64,000 bases of DNA from an uncultured Gemmatimonadales bacterium (GTDB lineage: Bacteria; Gemmatimonadota; Gemmatimonadetes; Gemmatimonadales; GWC2-71-9): assembly GCA_963779755.1 (NCBI GenBank), contig CAVZZO010000003.1, forward strand, positions 1,440,001 to 1,504,000. The letters run 5' to 3'. Below, one piece after another: positions 8,923 to 21,485 of this stretch; within the stretch, counting starts at the first letter, position 1; every line of letters begins with the position of its first letter. Made by a program: the position numbers and the translations under genes. The notes below the pieces were generated by a model. It made no database searches and was not told the origin of the DNA. It saw only the letters and a list, made by a program, of their open reading frames with translations.

Positions 8923-10824
8923 CTAGGACAGACCACCAACCAACCGCTTCCAGTACTCCAGAATCAGCACCATGCTCAGCGTATCCAGCTTGCAGTACTG
9001 CCTGAGAAGGCGGCTCCAGCCCGCCCTGGCCGCCGGGTCCCGGCTGGACTCCCCGTACATCATCTCCTGATACCCCCGCATGGCCCCGGTGCCTTCATGG
9101 ATGTCCTGGAGGACGCCATGGATCATAACCGGCGGGAGGGCCGAGTAGGGGTCCTGCTCCGGATCCCCAACCAGACCGGTCCAGGCCTCGAACTGCTGCC
9201 GCAGGGCTTCGTCCGTCCTCCAGAGCGCGTCCAGCACGGCCTTGATTGACGCGCTCCCCCGCATGCCGGGGTGGTAGAACCCGTCCTTGCAGCAGGCGTG
9301 CATGTCCTGGATCCGGTTCTCGAAGACATCCTCCAGCCACTCGACCAGCTCCGGAACCTCCCGCCCGAACTGCTCCAGGTCCCGGACGATCTCCTTCAGC
9401 ACGCTGGCTTCGTAGTGCGACCAGGTCAGCACCGGTCCCGTGTCCCCGATGGCCGACCGCAGCGACTCGGCGAAGAGCTGGTTGGGCCATAGCTCGGAGT
9501 CGTTGAGCCATTCCTGGTGTCCGCGGTCCGCGCCCAGTCATCCGGACCGTAGTGGACGCTCCACTGGAAGGTGACCAGGCCATAGGGCCGCATCCCGGCA
9601 TGGTAGGGGAGGGCGAGCCGGGAGGTCTCGAAATCAATGAAGTAAGTGGCCCCCTGCAGGCTCTCGATCCGCGGCAGGAGGCCAGGGCCGAGCATAAATG
9701 CTGTTATCGCGGGTACAGCTGATCTGGCGGCGCTGGCGTTCGGCGATCCGCGCCCACGGTGCCGTCGGCCCGGGCCAGCCCATCCTCCGGGATGTCGAGC
9801 AGGCTGGACTTGCCATGCTGGAGCATCCAGGGCACGAGGTTGCTTCGATCCGGCGCCCTGGCGCTCCCGACCTTGTACAGTTCCAGCATGTGAGGCCGAG
9901 TGTCCGCGTAGGGGCCCCAGCAATCCCGGAAACCGTCCTTGGTCCTCGGCCGGCGCGTTGAATTCGCAGCTCTTGCACTGCGAGCCGAGCTCGCACCTGC
10001 TCCCGGTGGACGGCCAGCGGCTGCGTCCAGGAGGGATTCGTACAGGGCCGCGGCGTCTTCCACCTCGTCCCGCAGCAGATCCACTTCTTGCGAAACGTCC
10101 ACCTCCGTCACCAGGTCCAGCTGCGCGAGTTGCTCCCCGGTTCCGATGTACTGGCCGGTATGGAGCCGGCTGGACCCATCCGGCGGCACCTGGTGGACCA
10201 GCTGGAAGAGCCGTGGAGCCTGGTCCAGGGCGGTACGCTTGCTCTTGTCCACCAGAGCCAGTACCGGCTGGACGGTAACGCCCGGAAGGACCTTCTCCAG
10301 CAGGAGCGCCTGATAGGTGATGTCCTCCAGTTTTTCCCGCCATTCCGATCGAATGCTGGAGCCTTTCTTGGTACGGAAGCAGCCGGCGGCCTCTTCCAAA
10401 AGGAGCTGGTGCTCGGCGCCGTCGAATGACTTCGCCTTGACCTCAACGAGTCGGACGATATTACCGCGCCTCTCCAGGATATCCACCCGGGCGAGCCGCC
10501 TGCCGACCAGCAGCGTAGCTTCGAACAGGGTGACCTCCGGCCGCTTCAAGCAGCTCGCGGGTGCGCTCGAAGTCCGCCTGCGGATCGCGCCCGTATTCGA
10601 GTGCTATCCCTTCGGGGATACCTGGCCTTGGCCAACGCCTCGACCATGTAGCCGCCCTCGGCCAGGAGGCCGAGGTAGGGGTCGGACTCCCGGTTATCGG
10701 GGTAGCCGTTCTCCCGGTAGTAGAGCTTGGCGTCGCAGGTGCGAGCCAGCTTGAAGTCGGATTTGGAGAGGGTACGCAGCCGAACCGGCCCTTCCAGGGG
10801 TGGATCACGCGGGATAGACAGCAT
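8923..10824 (-). pseudogene. DUF2779-domain nuclease-like protein, multiply frameshifted
   Basis: Pieces TLSKSDFKLARTC.AKLYY, RVDIL..LVEVKAK, FIDFET..PY..FQWS.H, SIKAVL, YCKLDTLSM spread across several frames. Confidence 0.75.
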
Positions 10825-10899
10825 CTTTCAATCCTCTCCTGGCGGCGCCAGGTGACGGGTGCTGGCTCCCATTGGAGGCAGACAGGCTTGAACCGGCCA

Positions 10900-12050
10900 T
10901 CATCCTGACCGGCTCAAGCTGGCCCAAAGGTGTGACAATTCCACCAGCACCCCCTCGCACCCCACCCCCGCCAACCGGTTCCGCCACCCGGTCGCAGCCT
11001 TCCGGTCCACCCGCCGCTCGTGGGTGCCGGGATTGCGGACCTCCTGCACGAAGCGATCCAGAATGGCCGGATACTGGGCCGCGAACCACCTGCCGTTCTT
11101 GGACGCGCCGGTGAGGAACCTGGCTCGGGCTTCGTCGCCGCCAAGAACGCGGGGGAGCTGCCCCAGCGTCAGCCTCTGCCGCCGCAGGTCTCTGCTCACC
11201 CCCTCCAGGTTCTCCCAGGCGAGCTCCTCCGAGGCCTTCTTGAGGAGTATCCGTAAGATCCGGTTGGTCTCCAGTTCCAGCGCCTTGGCGTAGCCGCCCA
11301 TCACCGACTGGAAATCGAAGCTTTCGTCGTTCCGGTGGTCGCGGAAGACTTTCTCGGCCGTGGCCAGGAAGGCCCTGGTAGCGGGATCAAGCGCGGCCCA
11401 GACCTGTTCCCCAAACAGGTTCTCCCGCAGCTCCCGCAGCATCGCCCCTGCCCCGCCGGCCTCGGCATCGAACTCGGCCCAAAGCCGGTCGCCGATGATG
11501 GCGTCGCGACTCTCCTCATCGAAGAATCGGGTCTCGTCCTCCCGGGTCACCACCAGGGGCAGGTCCACCATGCCGCCATAGAGGGACACCGGGCGATCGT
11601 TGTAGTGCACATTCCGGAGCCGCTTCAACTCGGCGATCACCGCCAGAGTGTCGTCCTGGGCCAGCCGGCGGATGTCCAGCAGCTTGAACCAGCAATCGCA
11701 CCGCAGCGATTGGTGACGGTAGTAGTCCGGGACGTGGGCGGGGTCGGCCTGGCTCACGTCTTCAACCGTGATCCGGTCCACGTGGCCGACGTACAGGGAC
11801 CGATAGTCGGTCAGATAGAGATGAACCTCGCGATCGGGGTTCTCCGACAACTCGGCCTCGAGCTGTTGGAGGTCCTCGGGGTGCTCCAGCGGCTGCTGGC
11901 GATTGGGCGAGCGGACCTTACCCCACCAGACGTAGATCTCGTCCGGATCTTCCTGGTCTCTCGCCCTGCCGAGGAGGATGGCGAGATGCTCCTCCATGGC
12001 GTTGGTGGCGTAGGAGGGGTTCCAGACGGCGACGAGGTGGCGGGATGTGT
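10900..12050 (-). CDS. Hypothetical protein resembling HP0729 family (start uncertain)
   Basis: WNPSY..MEEHL.IL, WWGKVRS, LYLTDYRSLYV; C-terminal RNxxxH (RNPGTH); ORF 10900-11997 is intact. Confidence 0.6.
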
Positions 12051-12140
12051 TGGGCGTGGATCCCTGTCCGGAAATGGGGGGCAGGGCTAACCTATCCCTG
12101 GGGCTCGGGGCCGCAAGGGGGTGCGGAGGTCATTCGAACC

Positions 12141-12260
12141 TCAGTACTCCCTGCTCACCAGGACCTCGAGTCTGACACCCAGGATCTGTGCCGCCCTGAG
12201 GACAAGGTTGCGCGGGAAGATGGTTAGACGACTTCCGACCCATTCGGAGTCCTACGGGTC
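12141..12260 (-). pseudogene. 3' fragment paralogous to the 5471-6316 gene
   Basis: FPRNLVLRAAQILGVRLEVLVSREY* versus FPRDLVRRAAQILSVRLDVLVSREY*. Confidence 0.65.
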
Positions 12261-12290
12261 CAGAAGTGGGCTCAGGCCTTTCGTGAGAAG

Positions 12291-14266
12291 TCAGTCAAGC
12301 ACCGGTATGCCGAGTCCTGCGAGGTAGCAGAATGTGCTGTCATAGAACGAAGGTGCGCGCGTTGTATCGGCGGAGTCGCCATTCGGTACGCAGACAACCA
12401 TCCCCTGTCGTGCACGGGTCAGGAGAACCCGGTACGCGTTACGGAGGTACTGCTGGCGCTCAGGCTTGTTCACCCGATTCCACTTGCTCCCGCGAAATGT
12501 GTAGTAGTTCCAAGCCCCGCCCGCATACCTGAGATCTGCATCCCAGGTAACACAGGTCCAGTCCAGCTCAAGCCCCTGGACCTGGAACTCTGTTGCAGCA
12601 TCCTCCAAATAATAGGGACGAGCGCGTATCCTCGGGGCCATTCAAGAACCAGTGGATCGGATTGACCTCGACGCGAACATCTATCGCAAGAGGCTTCAGT
12701 CTCTGAGCATCGGACGACACAACTAGGCCGTAACGCTCCGATCCCCGCCCGTGCTCTCTAAGCCAGCGCCTGGCTAGGCCAAGATCTCGGGTAAGTGCTA
12801 TCGGATAGCGTCCTGCCATAGATGAGAGTATTTCCTGCGCTCCCACCTCGTCCAGATCCAATACGGTCTTCACGAATCTCGAGACATTCTCACTGCGGAA
12901 TGAACGCACGGACACGGCGAGATGGAGCCTGGCGTCTCTGACTACGTGTGGCCGGCCTTCTAACGCGTCCAGTGCCTTGCCAGCTCCATATTCGCTGTCA
13001 CGGAGTTCGGGAGAGATATCAGACTTCCCAGTCCGGAAACCCGTCGCGTACGGCCTCCAGCCAGGCCCCGATCCCTGCTTCTCCGCGATTGATCTCCTGA
13101 CCACCGCCGACCAGGCAAATAACGACGGCCCAATCGGGCTGGCGATCCATGTAGGACAGTAGGAACTCTGGCTCCGATTGACAAATTCGGGATGGCCCTT
13201 CTTTCGTTTCATGAAGTCGGCGGTCATCTTCCGATTCCAGGCGCGCTGGGCCTCATCGAAGATGACGACGTGATCTGCTGGAGGGCCGGCATTGTTCAGG
13301 CCTTCATCTCGAAAATGATGGACGTTCTGGATGAAGGACTTTACCTCTTGACCAGCCTGCCCCTTCCGCACCTTGAGTCCTTGGGCCTCGCGGCGCTTGA
13401 TCGCGTCTCTGGTCAGGGCCTCTCTCAAGACCTTTACCAACGGTCCATTCCCAGAGAGGTATACGGCATGCGTTGGCTCAGCCGGATCCTGCTTCCGAGT
13501 CGCGAATTCAGGCCAACTAATGTCTTGCCAGCTCCGGGCACTCCGGTCAACAAGACGATGGATTTCCTTCGCAGCTTCTGAGCGTGGGCAATCACCTGTT
13601 CTATGGTCCGCGTAGTCTCCTGCAGATCAAGGGGACCCGCCTCCGTCCGGGAGATTGCCTCGACGGACTGACCGGCAAAGAGGGCCTGGGCCGCCTCAAC
13701 GATTGTCGGTGTCGGGAAATATGGCGAGTCGGCCCATTCAATCGGATCCAATGGAAGACCACGCTGGTTCGCCAACCCGGCAAGAATGAGTTGCCGGAGA
13801 CCGACCGCATTGGCGCGGAGCGGTGGATACACCCAATCGTTGTATGGCTTGGAAAGATGGGGATCGGACTCTGGGGCCTCGGTGGCGATCAGAATGGGAA
13901 TGACACGGGCGCTGTGGCTCGCGAGGTGGAAGTTCTTGAGATCAAGAGCATAGTCCCACGCCTGCTCCAGGTCCGCCCGGAGAAAGCGGGTTTGAGCTAC
14001 CTTGAATTCGAGAACAAAGACCACATCCGCCGAGATGACGACGGCGTCAATGCGACTGCCCGATTCGAGGAACCACAAATTCGAGGTGAATCGCACCGTC
14101 GATTCCCCTGGAGCGCCGCCTTGAGGATCGGGATCTGCTGGCCCCATGCCCCCATCTGGGCCTGCTCGATATCGCCTTCGGACCTCTTGCCCAATATCCC
14201 AAGAATTGCGTCCGCATCGGCGGCGAGGAAGCCTTGAATAGACGCCGTGTAATAGGCCCGAGGCAT
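12291..14266 (-). pseudogene. DUF2075 / Schlafen-group-3-like nuclease-helicase, frameshifted
   Basis: RID..LEFK, Walker A GVPGAGKT, DEAQR, QGLELDW, NAYRVLLTRAR. Confidence 0.85.
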
Positions 14267-14316
14267 GCTGATGCTAGACTCCCTCACTGCTGGGCGATTC
14301 GGATGACCTGACCCGA

Positions 14317-16636
14317 TCATAAGGCCAGTTCCCGGAACCGGCAGAATGCGTTGGCCAGGCGCATCTGATCGGGCGTCCTGCAATCCGGCGCGAAGATTCT
14401 AGTGCCCGCCACTATCAGAGCAATACAACGTGCCCGTGACGTAGCGACGTTCAGCCGATTTCCACTATAGAGGAACCCCATGCCCCGAGGTGCATCCTCC
14501 GCGCTCGAGGTTGCTATGGAGTAGATGACGATTGGGGCTTCCTGGCCCTGGAACTTATCTACTGTCCCAACTCGTGCCCCGCCCGGAAGTGCATCAAGAA
14601 GAGCACTAACCTGCGCATTGTAAGGTGCGACGATGAGTACGTCTTCCAGCCCCAGCGGCTTCCGTCTACCGTCCTGGTCGGTCCAGGCAGAGCCGCCTGA
14701 CAACAGCTGCGCCATCATGGCTCTGATCAGATCGACCTCTTCGGGACATTCGTCTGGCCGGCCGGCATGCTCAGCCGGTACGAGCCTGAGACCGGTCTTG
14801 TCCAAGGGAAGCTGGCCGAAGACGCACTGCGCTTCAAGGCCGTCCCGCGACCGCAGTCTGCCCTGGTAGAAGACCTCAGAGGTGAAGCGGCAAACGTCCG
14901 GATGCAATCTCCACGTCTCGTTCAAGAACAGCCCACGATCAGGCGGCATCGTGCCCTGCCCCTGCAGCAGGTGCTCCAAAGCCGACATATCCGTTCCAGG
15001 AGGATGGATGCCCTGCTGCGGTTGCTCGAGCTGCCTCGGATCTCCCAACAGGATGAGATTGCGGGCGGCCGGTGCAACTGCCAGAGCATTCGCCAAAGAG
15101 AACTGGCCGGCCTCATCGACGAATAGGAGGTCGACTGAGCCTTGCATCTCCGGACGGCTCCAGAGCCAAGCGGTTCCCGCCGCCAGAGTCACCTTGCCTT
15201 CCTGGAGCGCGTCAGGCACGTCATCGTTGTTGCGGGCTACTACGATCTCCTTCGCGGCACACCTCTGTTCATCGCGTGCCTTCTGTATACCCCGAACTTC
15301 GACGCCTCTTGCCCTGGCGAGTGAACACACCTTCTCAAGCAGGTTGCCAATCACCTTGTGGCTGGTGGCGGTGATACCCACCCTCTTCCCTTCACCGAGT
15401 GCTTTCAGGATCATCAGAGCCCCGGTATGAGTCTTACCGGTTCCGGGGGGACCCTGGATAGGCAGGATGGTATCTCCGAGGGAGGACACCAGCCGTTCCG
15501 CAGCCGCCCCAGCTATCTCCCCATCCGCAGCGAGCCGTTTCCCTTCCGTGAGCCCCGCGACTCGAGGTCTCTTGGCCGTTAACATATCGAGCGCTGCGTT
15601 GTACGGTGCCTGACGCATCATTCCATTGGTAGCCACGAACTCCCCGAATGCTCAGCGAACTCCGCCGAAGCACACCGTCAGAGATGTACTCGTAAGGAAT
15701 GAGAGCCTCCGGATGCGGCACCTGACTATTCTTACCTCGCTGAAGGTCAATCGTTCGTTCCATGTCATCCACCCCCACGATCACCCCGGGGCTCGCGCCG
15801 GTAGTGGGGTCTGTGCGCACCATCGCCGGGATGGAATGAGTGGTCCTGCGGCGGGAATCGGTATCGGTGTATCGTTGACTTGCGTACATGCCCCACTTCT
15901 CCCAGGTATTGCAGGCCGCCCAGTGTCCCACTGTCTTCGGTCAGCTCGTCCAGCGTCATCTCGCACCAGTTGAAGTATCGCCACCACATGGCCTTCGCCT
16001 CGCGCCGATGAAACTCGAGTAGCTGGGCCAGTAGCCACTTCGCCCGTTGTTCCGGAGTCCACGTCCCGGGGTCTCACGGGAAGATCAAGGGTCAGCCGGT
16101 CTCGTACCTGCTGCACTTGCTCTAGTCGTTGCGCCTGGTCTTGATCTGGCTCGACGGAAGCGGGGGAGGCGCGTGGGATATCTTCCCCAGTCCTGATTCT
16201 TCAGCTGATCCCGAAGGGTCTCCAGCCAGTCTCGTAGCCGCTTGGCTGGAGAGGCAGTCATCCCGGTTATAGCCCTCGATCTCCTGGAGGAGCTCCCCGC
16301 CGTTCACGCTGTTGCCGCCAAGTTCAAGCCAGGCCTCGAAGCTGGCCAATGCGGCGCGATGCGCTAGAGATTGACCGCCCTCGTGAAGCCGTAGAACGCC
16401 TCCATTCTCTTCTTGATCGAATAGCTCTCCACCGAAGCCCGAAGACCCTGGTGTACGACGAGGTCCACAAACACCTTACCCCTCAGCAGCCGGTCGAGCT
16501 CTTCAATGCGGGTGTCATAGCGGCCGGCCAGTCGCTTGAGAGCAGTTTGTTCATAGGCGGCATAGTGATACACGTGGAGATCGGGATACTGTTCCAGACG
16601 GGCGGTTAGCAGATCCATGAACCATTCGAACACCTC
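14317..16636 (-). pseudogene. TM0106-family RecB-like nuclease/SF1 helicase, 5'-truncated and frameshifted
   Basis: HVYHYAAYE.TALKRL, SYSIK, YNRDDC, QGPPGTGKT, DEAGQ, GTVDKFQGQE, NRLNVATSRA. Confidence 0.85.
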
Positions 16637-16645
16637 CGATCGCGC

Positions 16646-19600
16646 GTGCAGGAGTCGCTTGCCTCCAGCTACACCCTGGAGCGGGAGCTGGGCGGCGGCG
16701 GCATGTCGCGCGTCTTCGTGGCCCAGGAACACCGGCTCGGCCGCAAGGTGGTGGTGAAGCTGCTGGCGCCCGAGCTGGCCGCGGCGCTCTCGGCCACCCG
16801 GTTCGAGCGGGAGATCCAGGTGGCCGCCTCGCTGCAACAGGCCAACATCGTCCCGGTGCTGGCGGCGGGCGAGGTGGACGGCCTTCCTTATTACACCATG
16901 CCGTTCGTGGAGGGCGAGAGTCTCCGCGCCCGGCTGGGCCGCGGCCCCCTCACCATCGCCGAGGTGGTGAGCATCCTGCGCGATGTCTCCCGCGCCCTGG
17001 CCTACGCCCACGAGCACGGCGTGGTCCACCGGGACATCAAGCCGGACAACGTCCTCCTCTCCGGCCACACGGCGGTGGTGACCGACTTCGGCATCGCCAA
17101 GGCGATCGCGGCCGCCGCCCAGGGCCCGGCCGGCGCCACGCTCACCCAGCTGGGCACCGCCGTGGGGACGCCCATGTACATGGCGCCGGAACAGGCGGCG
17201 GGCGATCCGGCGACGGACCACCGCGCCGACATCTACGCCTTCGGCTGCATGGCCTACGAGCTGATCACCGGGCAGGCACCCTTCGCCGGCCTGACGCCCC
17301 ACCGGCTGCTCGTGGCCCATATGAGCGAGAGCCCGAAGCCGGTGGCCGACCTGCGCCCCGACTGCCCGCCCGCCCTGGCGTCGCTGGTGATGCAGTGCGT
17401 CGCCAAGGAACCGGGTTCGCGCCCGGCCGGCGCCACCGAGCTGCTGCAGCGGCTCGACGCGGTCACCTCGCCGTCGGGTTCAGGGGCGGCCGTGCCGGCC
17501 ATCCTCATGGGCGGCCGGAACATGCTCTGGCGCGCGCTGGCCATCTACGCCGGCGCGTTCGTGGCGGTGGCCATCGTGGCCCGGGCCGCGATCATCGCCA
17601 TCGGCCTCCCCGACTGGGTCTTCCCCGGCGCGCTGGTGGTCATGGCGCTGGGCCTCCCGGTGGTGCTCTTCACCGCCTACACCCAGTACGTCGCCCGCCG
17701 GGCGGCCGCCGCCACGCCCACCTTCACCCCCGGCGGCTCCCGCTCGCTCACGGCCGGCGAGGGGACGATGGCCACGCTGGCGATCAAGGCGATGCCGCAC
17801 GTCTCCTGGAAGCGCACCGCCCGCGGCGGGATCATCGCGGTAGGCGCGTTCATTCTGCTCATCACGGGCTGGATGGTGACGCGCGCGCTGGGCATCGGGC
17901 CGGCGGCCTCGCTGCTCTCGTCCGGCAAGCTCTCCGCCAGCGACAGGGTGGTGGTGGCGGCATTCGATGCGCCGGGCGCCGACTCGTCGCTGGGCAGCAC
18001 CATCGCCGAGGCGGTGAAGACCAACCTGTCGCAGAGCAGCGCCGTGCACGTGATGCCCACCAGCGCGGTCGTGGCCACGCTGGAGCAGATGCAGCGGCCC
18101 GACACGGCGCGGGTGGACTATGCCACCGCGCGGGAGATCGCCCAGCGATCGGGTGCCAAGGCGGTGGTGACGGGGAGCATCGTGCCGGCGGGGAGCGGGT
18201 ACATCATCACCGCCAAGCTGGTGGAGGCGACCTCGGGCAACGATCTGGCGTCCTACACCGAGTCGGCGAAGGATGCGGGCGATCTCATCGCGGCGGTGGA
18301 CCGGGTGACCAAGTCGCTGCGCGGCAAGATCGGCGAGTCGCTCAAGTCGGTGCACGACGCGCCCCGGCTCGACCAGGTGACCACCGCGTCGCTCGGCGCG
18401 CTCAAGAGCTACACCGCCGGGCTCTTCGCCAACGACGTGCAGGGCGACTACCCGGCCGCCATCCAGCACTTCCGCGACGCCATCCGGCAGGACAGCACCT
18501 TCGCCATGGCCTGGGTGCAGCTCGTCCTACTCGCTGGCGTCGAAGGGCGGCACCGGTTCGAGCGCGGCAGCGGACGCGGCGCTGACCCAGGGTTTCCAGC
18601 TGCGCGACCGGCTGCCGGAGCGGGAGCGGGCCAATGTCGAGGGGGCGTACTACTGGCTGGTGGCGAACGACCGGAAGAAGGCGATTCCGGCGCTGCGGCG
18701 CGCGGTGGAGCTCGACTCCACCAATGTGGACGCGGTCAACAACCTCGCCATCGCCCTCTCCAATACGCGCGACTATGCCGGCGCCGAGCGGATGTACCGG
18801 CTGGCGATCGCGGGCGATCCGGGGAACGGCACGCTGATCACCAACCTGGCGACCCTGTACACCATGATGGGGCGGCATGCTTCGTTCGATTCGGTGATGG
18901 CGGCGGATGGAGCGCGACAGCATCCCCTTCCCCACCGCGCCCGCCCGTTTCACCGAGCTGCTGGCCGCGCCATCAGTACGACTCGGCCGAGGCGCTCGCC
19001 CGCGCCGGGGCCGACACGGCCAGGCCGGCGAACCGGCCGCGCGCCCAGGAAGCCGTGATCCAGTTGGCGGTGCTGCACGGCCGGCTGCGCGAGGCGGAAC
19101 GGATGTACCCCGCCTGGCTGGACGCGACGGCTCGTCTCCGCGGCGATTCGGTCAGCCCGTACCAGATCGCCTACTGGCATGCCATGGTGGACGGCGCCCT
19201 GCGGGGCAACACCGCGAGAGCCACCGCCATGCTCGACTCGACGCTGCGCGCCCATCCGGTGGCCTCGGAGCCGCTGGAGCGGGACCAGAGCCAGTACCTG
19301 GCCCTGGCCTATGCCCTCATGGGCGATGCGGCCAAGGCGCGAACGGTGATGAGCCAGCACGTGGCCCGGCTCGATTCGCTGGGCCAGACGCAGCAGTATC
19401 TCTGGCGGGTCTGGCTGCAGGGCGCCACCGCCCTGGCGGAAGGAAAGACCGACAGCGCCATCGTCTATTACCGCCAGAGCGACTTCGACGCCGACGGCCT
19501 GCCGATGAACAGACGGCACCGTGTGGCCCCCCCTCACGCTGGGCCAGGCATTCGATCGCGCGGGCAAGCCCGACTCGGCGCGGAAGTACCTCACCCAGTA

Positions 19601-19823
19601 TGCCGAGATGGCGGGGACCGGTCATTATAATGCGGACCCCTACAACATGGCGCCCACGCTCTTCCGGCTGGGCCAGCTGTACCAGGACGCGGGCGACACC
19701 GCACACGCGATGGAGTACTACGGCCGGTTCGTGGATCTGTGGAAGAACGCCGACCCCGACCTCCAGCCGCGGGTGACCGAGGCGAAGAAGGCGATGGCGG
19801 AGCTGGCGCCGGATCGGCGATAG
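16646..19823 (+). CDS. Ser/Thr protein kinase with TM, TolB-N-like and TPR regions (frameshifts near 18530, 18900-18970, 19520)
   Basis: LGGGGMS, HRDIKPDN, DFG, YMAPE; C-terminal part continues in other frames. Confidence 0.85.
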
Positions 19824-19845
19824 CCTCACCCCCTCCCTCTCTACC

Positions 19846-20229
19846 TCACCCCTGTCCCCTCTCCACTTGGTGGAGAGGGGGACCGAACCTCAGGATCCCA
19901 ACCAGCGCTTCGCGGGACACTTTTTCATTTGCCAGCCGGACAACCCGGTAACCGCGCCGAATGAGCCATTCGGTCCGTGCATGGTCTTTCGCGGTTTGTG
20001 CAGGATCCAGATGTATCGGCCCGTCAATCTCCATGATGAACCGCAACTCGGCACAATAGAAGTCGACAACGAAGGGACCAACGGGGTACTGGCGGCGAAA
20101 CCTGAGTCCAAACAGCTGCCGGTTGCGGACGAGCTGCCAGACCTTGTGCTCGGCAGGCGTAAGATGCTTCCGAAGCCCTCGAGCGATCTGCTTCCTCGCA
20201 ACCATGCGGCGGCGGATGGGGCGATGCAT
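19846..20229 (-). CDS. DUF559 (Vsr-like) endonuclease
   Basis: ARGLRK..TPAE..W, FRRQYP, VDFYC, EIDG..H; flanked by inverted CTCTCCAC..GTGGAGAG palindromes. Confidence 0.9.
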   Translation of the reverse strand: MHRPIRRRMVARKQIARGLRKHLTPAEHKVWQLVRNRQLFGLRFRRQYPVGPFVVDFYCAELRFIMEIDGPIHLDPAQTAKDHARTEWLIRRGYRVVRLANEKVSREALVGILRFGPPLHQVERGQG

Positions 20230-20435
20230 ACGGACACGATAGATATAGACCGGCCTGCACGTCACACCATACGAACGCAAACAGAGCCGATGAAACGCGG
20301 GAATCCCGAGTGCCGCGTCCCCCTCTCCACGAAGTGGAGAGGGGACAGGGGTGAGGTAGCAGCGGAGAGCGGACAATGGTAAGGCAGCGACAGAGGTGAG
20401 GGAGGACGCACTGGAGAGGGGGCCAAGGGGTGAGC

Positions 20436-20849
20436 CTACGGCACCATCCGGAACCGCTCTACATGTCTCGCCCGCACCACCCCGAAATGCCGCCGGTCCG
20501 TCGTGAGCACGCTGGTGATATCCAGGCGCTCGGCCATGGCCACGAGTGACGCATCCACGAAACCGAGCGGCAGGGACTGGTAGATGGAAACGAGATCGGC
20601 AACGCGGGGGAGATCCTCCTCCTCCTGCGGCTCGATCCGGAACTCGCCATCGGCCAGCGCGCGGACGAAGGCCTGCTCCGCCGCGGGGCCGATCCGGGTC
20701 TGGAGGAGATAGCAGATTTCGGGAAGGACAGGGGCCGGCACCAGGATGTCCTCTTTGCCGCGCTCCCACCAGCTCCGCACCCGGTTGTGCCAGGCATCGC
20801 TCCGGTCAATGAGCGCGTACAGGGGCCCGGTGTCGGCCAGGACGGTCAG
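20436..20849 (-). CDS. vapC: VapC/PIN toxin (probable CTG start)
   Basis: TVLADTG, LPEICY, LGFVDASL, LTTDRRHF. Confidence 0.85.
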   Translation of the reverse strand: MTVLADTGPLYALIDRSDAWHNRVRSWWERGKEDILVPAPVLPEICYLLQTRIGPAAEQAFVRALADGEFRIEPQEEEDLPRVADLVSIYQSLPLGFVDASLVAMAERLDITSVLTTDRRHFGVVRARHVERFRMVP

Positions 20850-21082
20850 GCGTGCGGCTCCTGCCAGAGCAGGTCTTCCTGCCGCTCAGCCGTGTCCCCG
20901 CACCCGCTGGCGAACTGCCCGGCGATCGTGGGTACCCTCCGCCCGGACTCACCGCTCCCCCGCCCCAGATAGAACGCGACAGCCTCGCGCAGTACCGCCG
21001 CGAAGCTTTTCCCTTCGCGCCGAGCCGCCTGGCGCAGGCCCTTGAGGAGAGCTTCGTCGAGAAAGACGGTGGTGCGCTTCAT
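20846..21082 (-). CDS. RHH/CopG antitoxin
   Basis: MKRTTVFLDE..L...A...G.S....REAV; overlaps the PIN gene. Confidence 0.85.
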   Translation of the reverse strand: MKRTTVFLDEALLKGLRQAARREGKSFAAVLREAVAFYLGRGSGESGRRVPTIAGQFASGCGDTAERQEDLLWQEPHA

Positions 21083-21139
21083 CGCATATATATGCTATTA
21101 TGGTGACATACAGTCAATGCCCGGGCGGCAAGGCGGGCC

Positions 21140-21485
21140 GAAGGTCGCTGCTTCGGTCGCTCCGCGCCCTCGCAATGACAGCCAGGGATGGCGCCACGAC
21201 GATCGAGACTCAAGTCCCGGTTCCCCCTTCCCAACAGGGAAGGGGGACAGGGGGTTAGGTCAGAAGGGGGGCAGGGGGTTAGGTCGAGAAAGCCAGAAGG
21301 GCCCGGAGCCCGGTCACGGCTTCGGCCCCTTCGCTGCGCTCAGGGTGACAGCATTGCCCCGCCGCGCCCATTCTGCCCACTCACCTGCCGTCCTGCGACC
21401 GAGCGGCCTTCAATAAGAGCCGCGAGGAAGTCCTTTAGGGCCGTCCTGCCGTCCTGCCGTCGTGCCGCCCTGCCGCCCTGCCGTC
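21140..21485. repeat. Inverted-orientation REP mosaic and 8-mer tract
   Basis: Reverse complements of the units at 770-1310 and 2591-2840. Confidence 0.8.
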
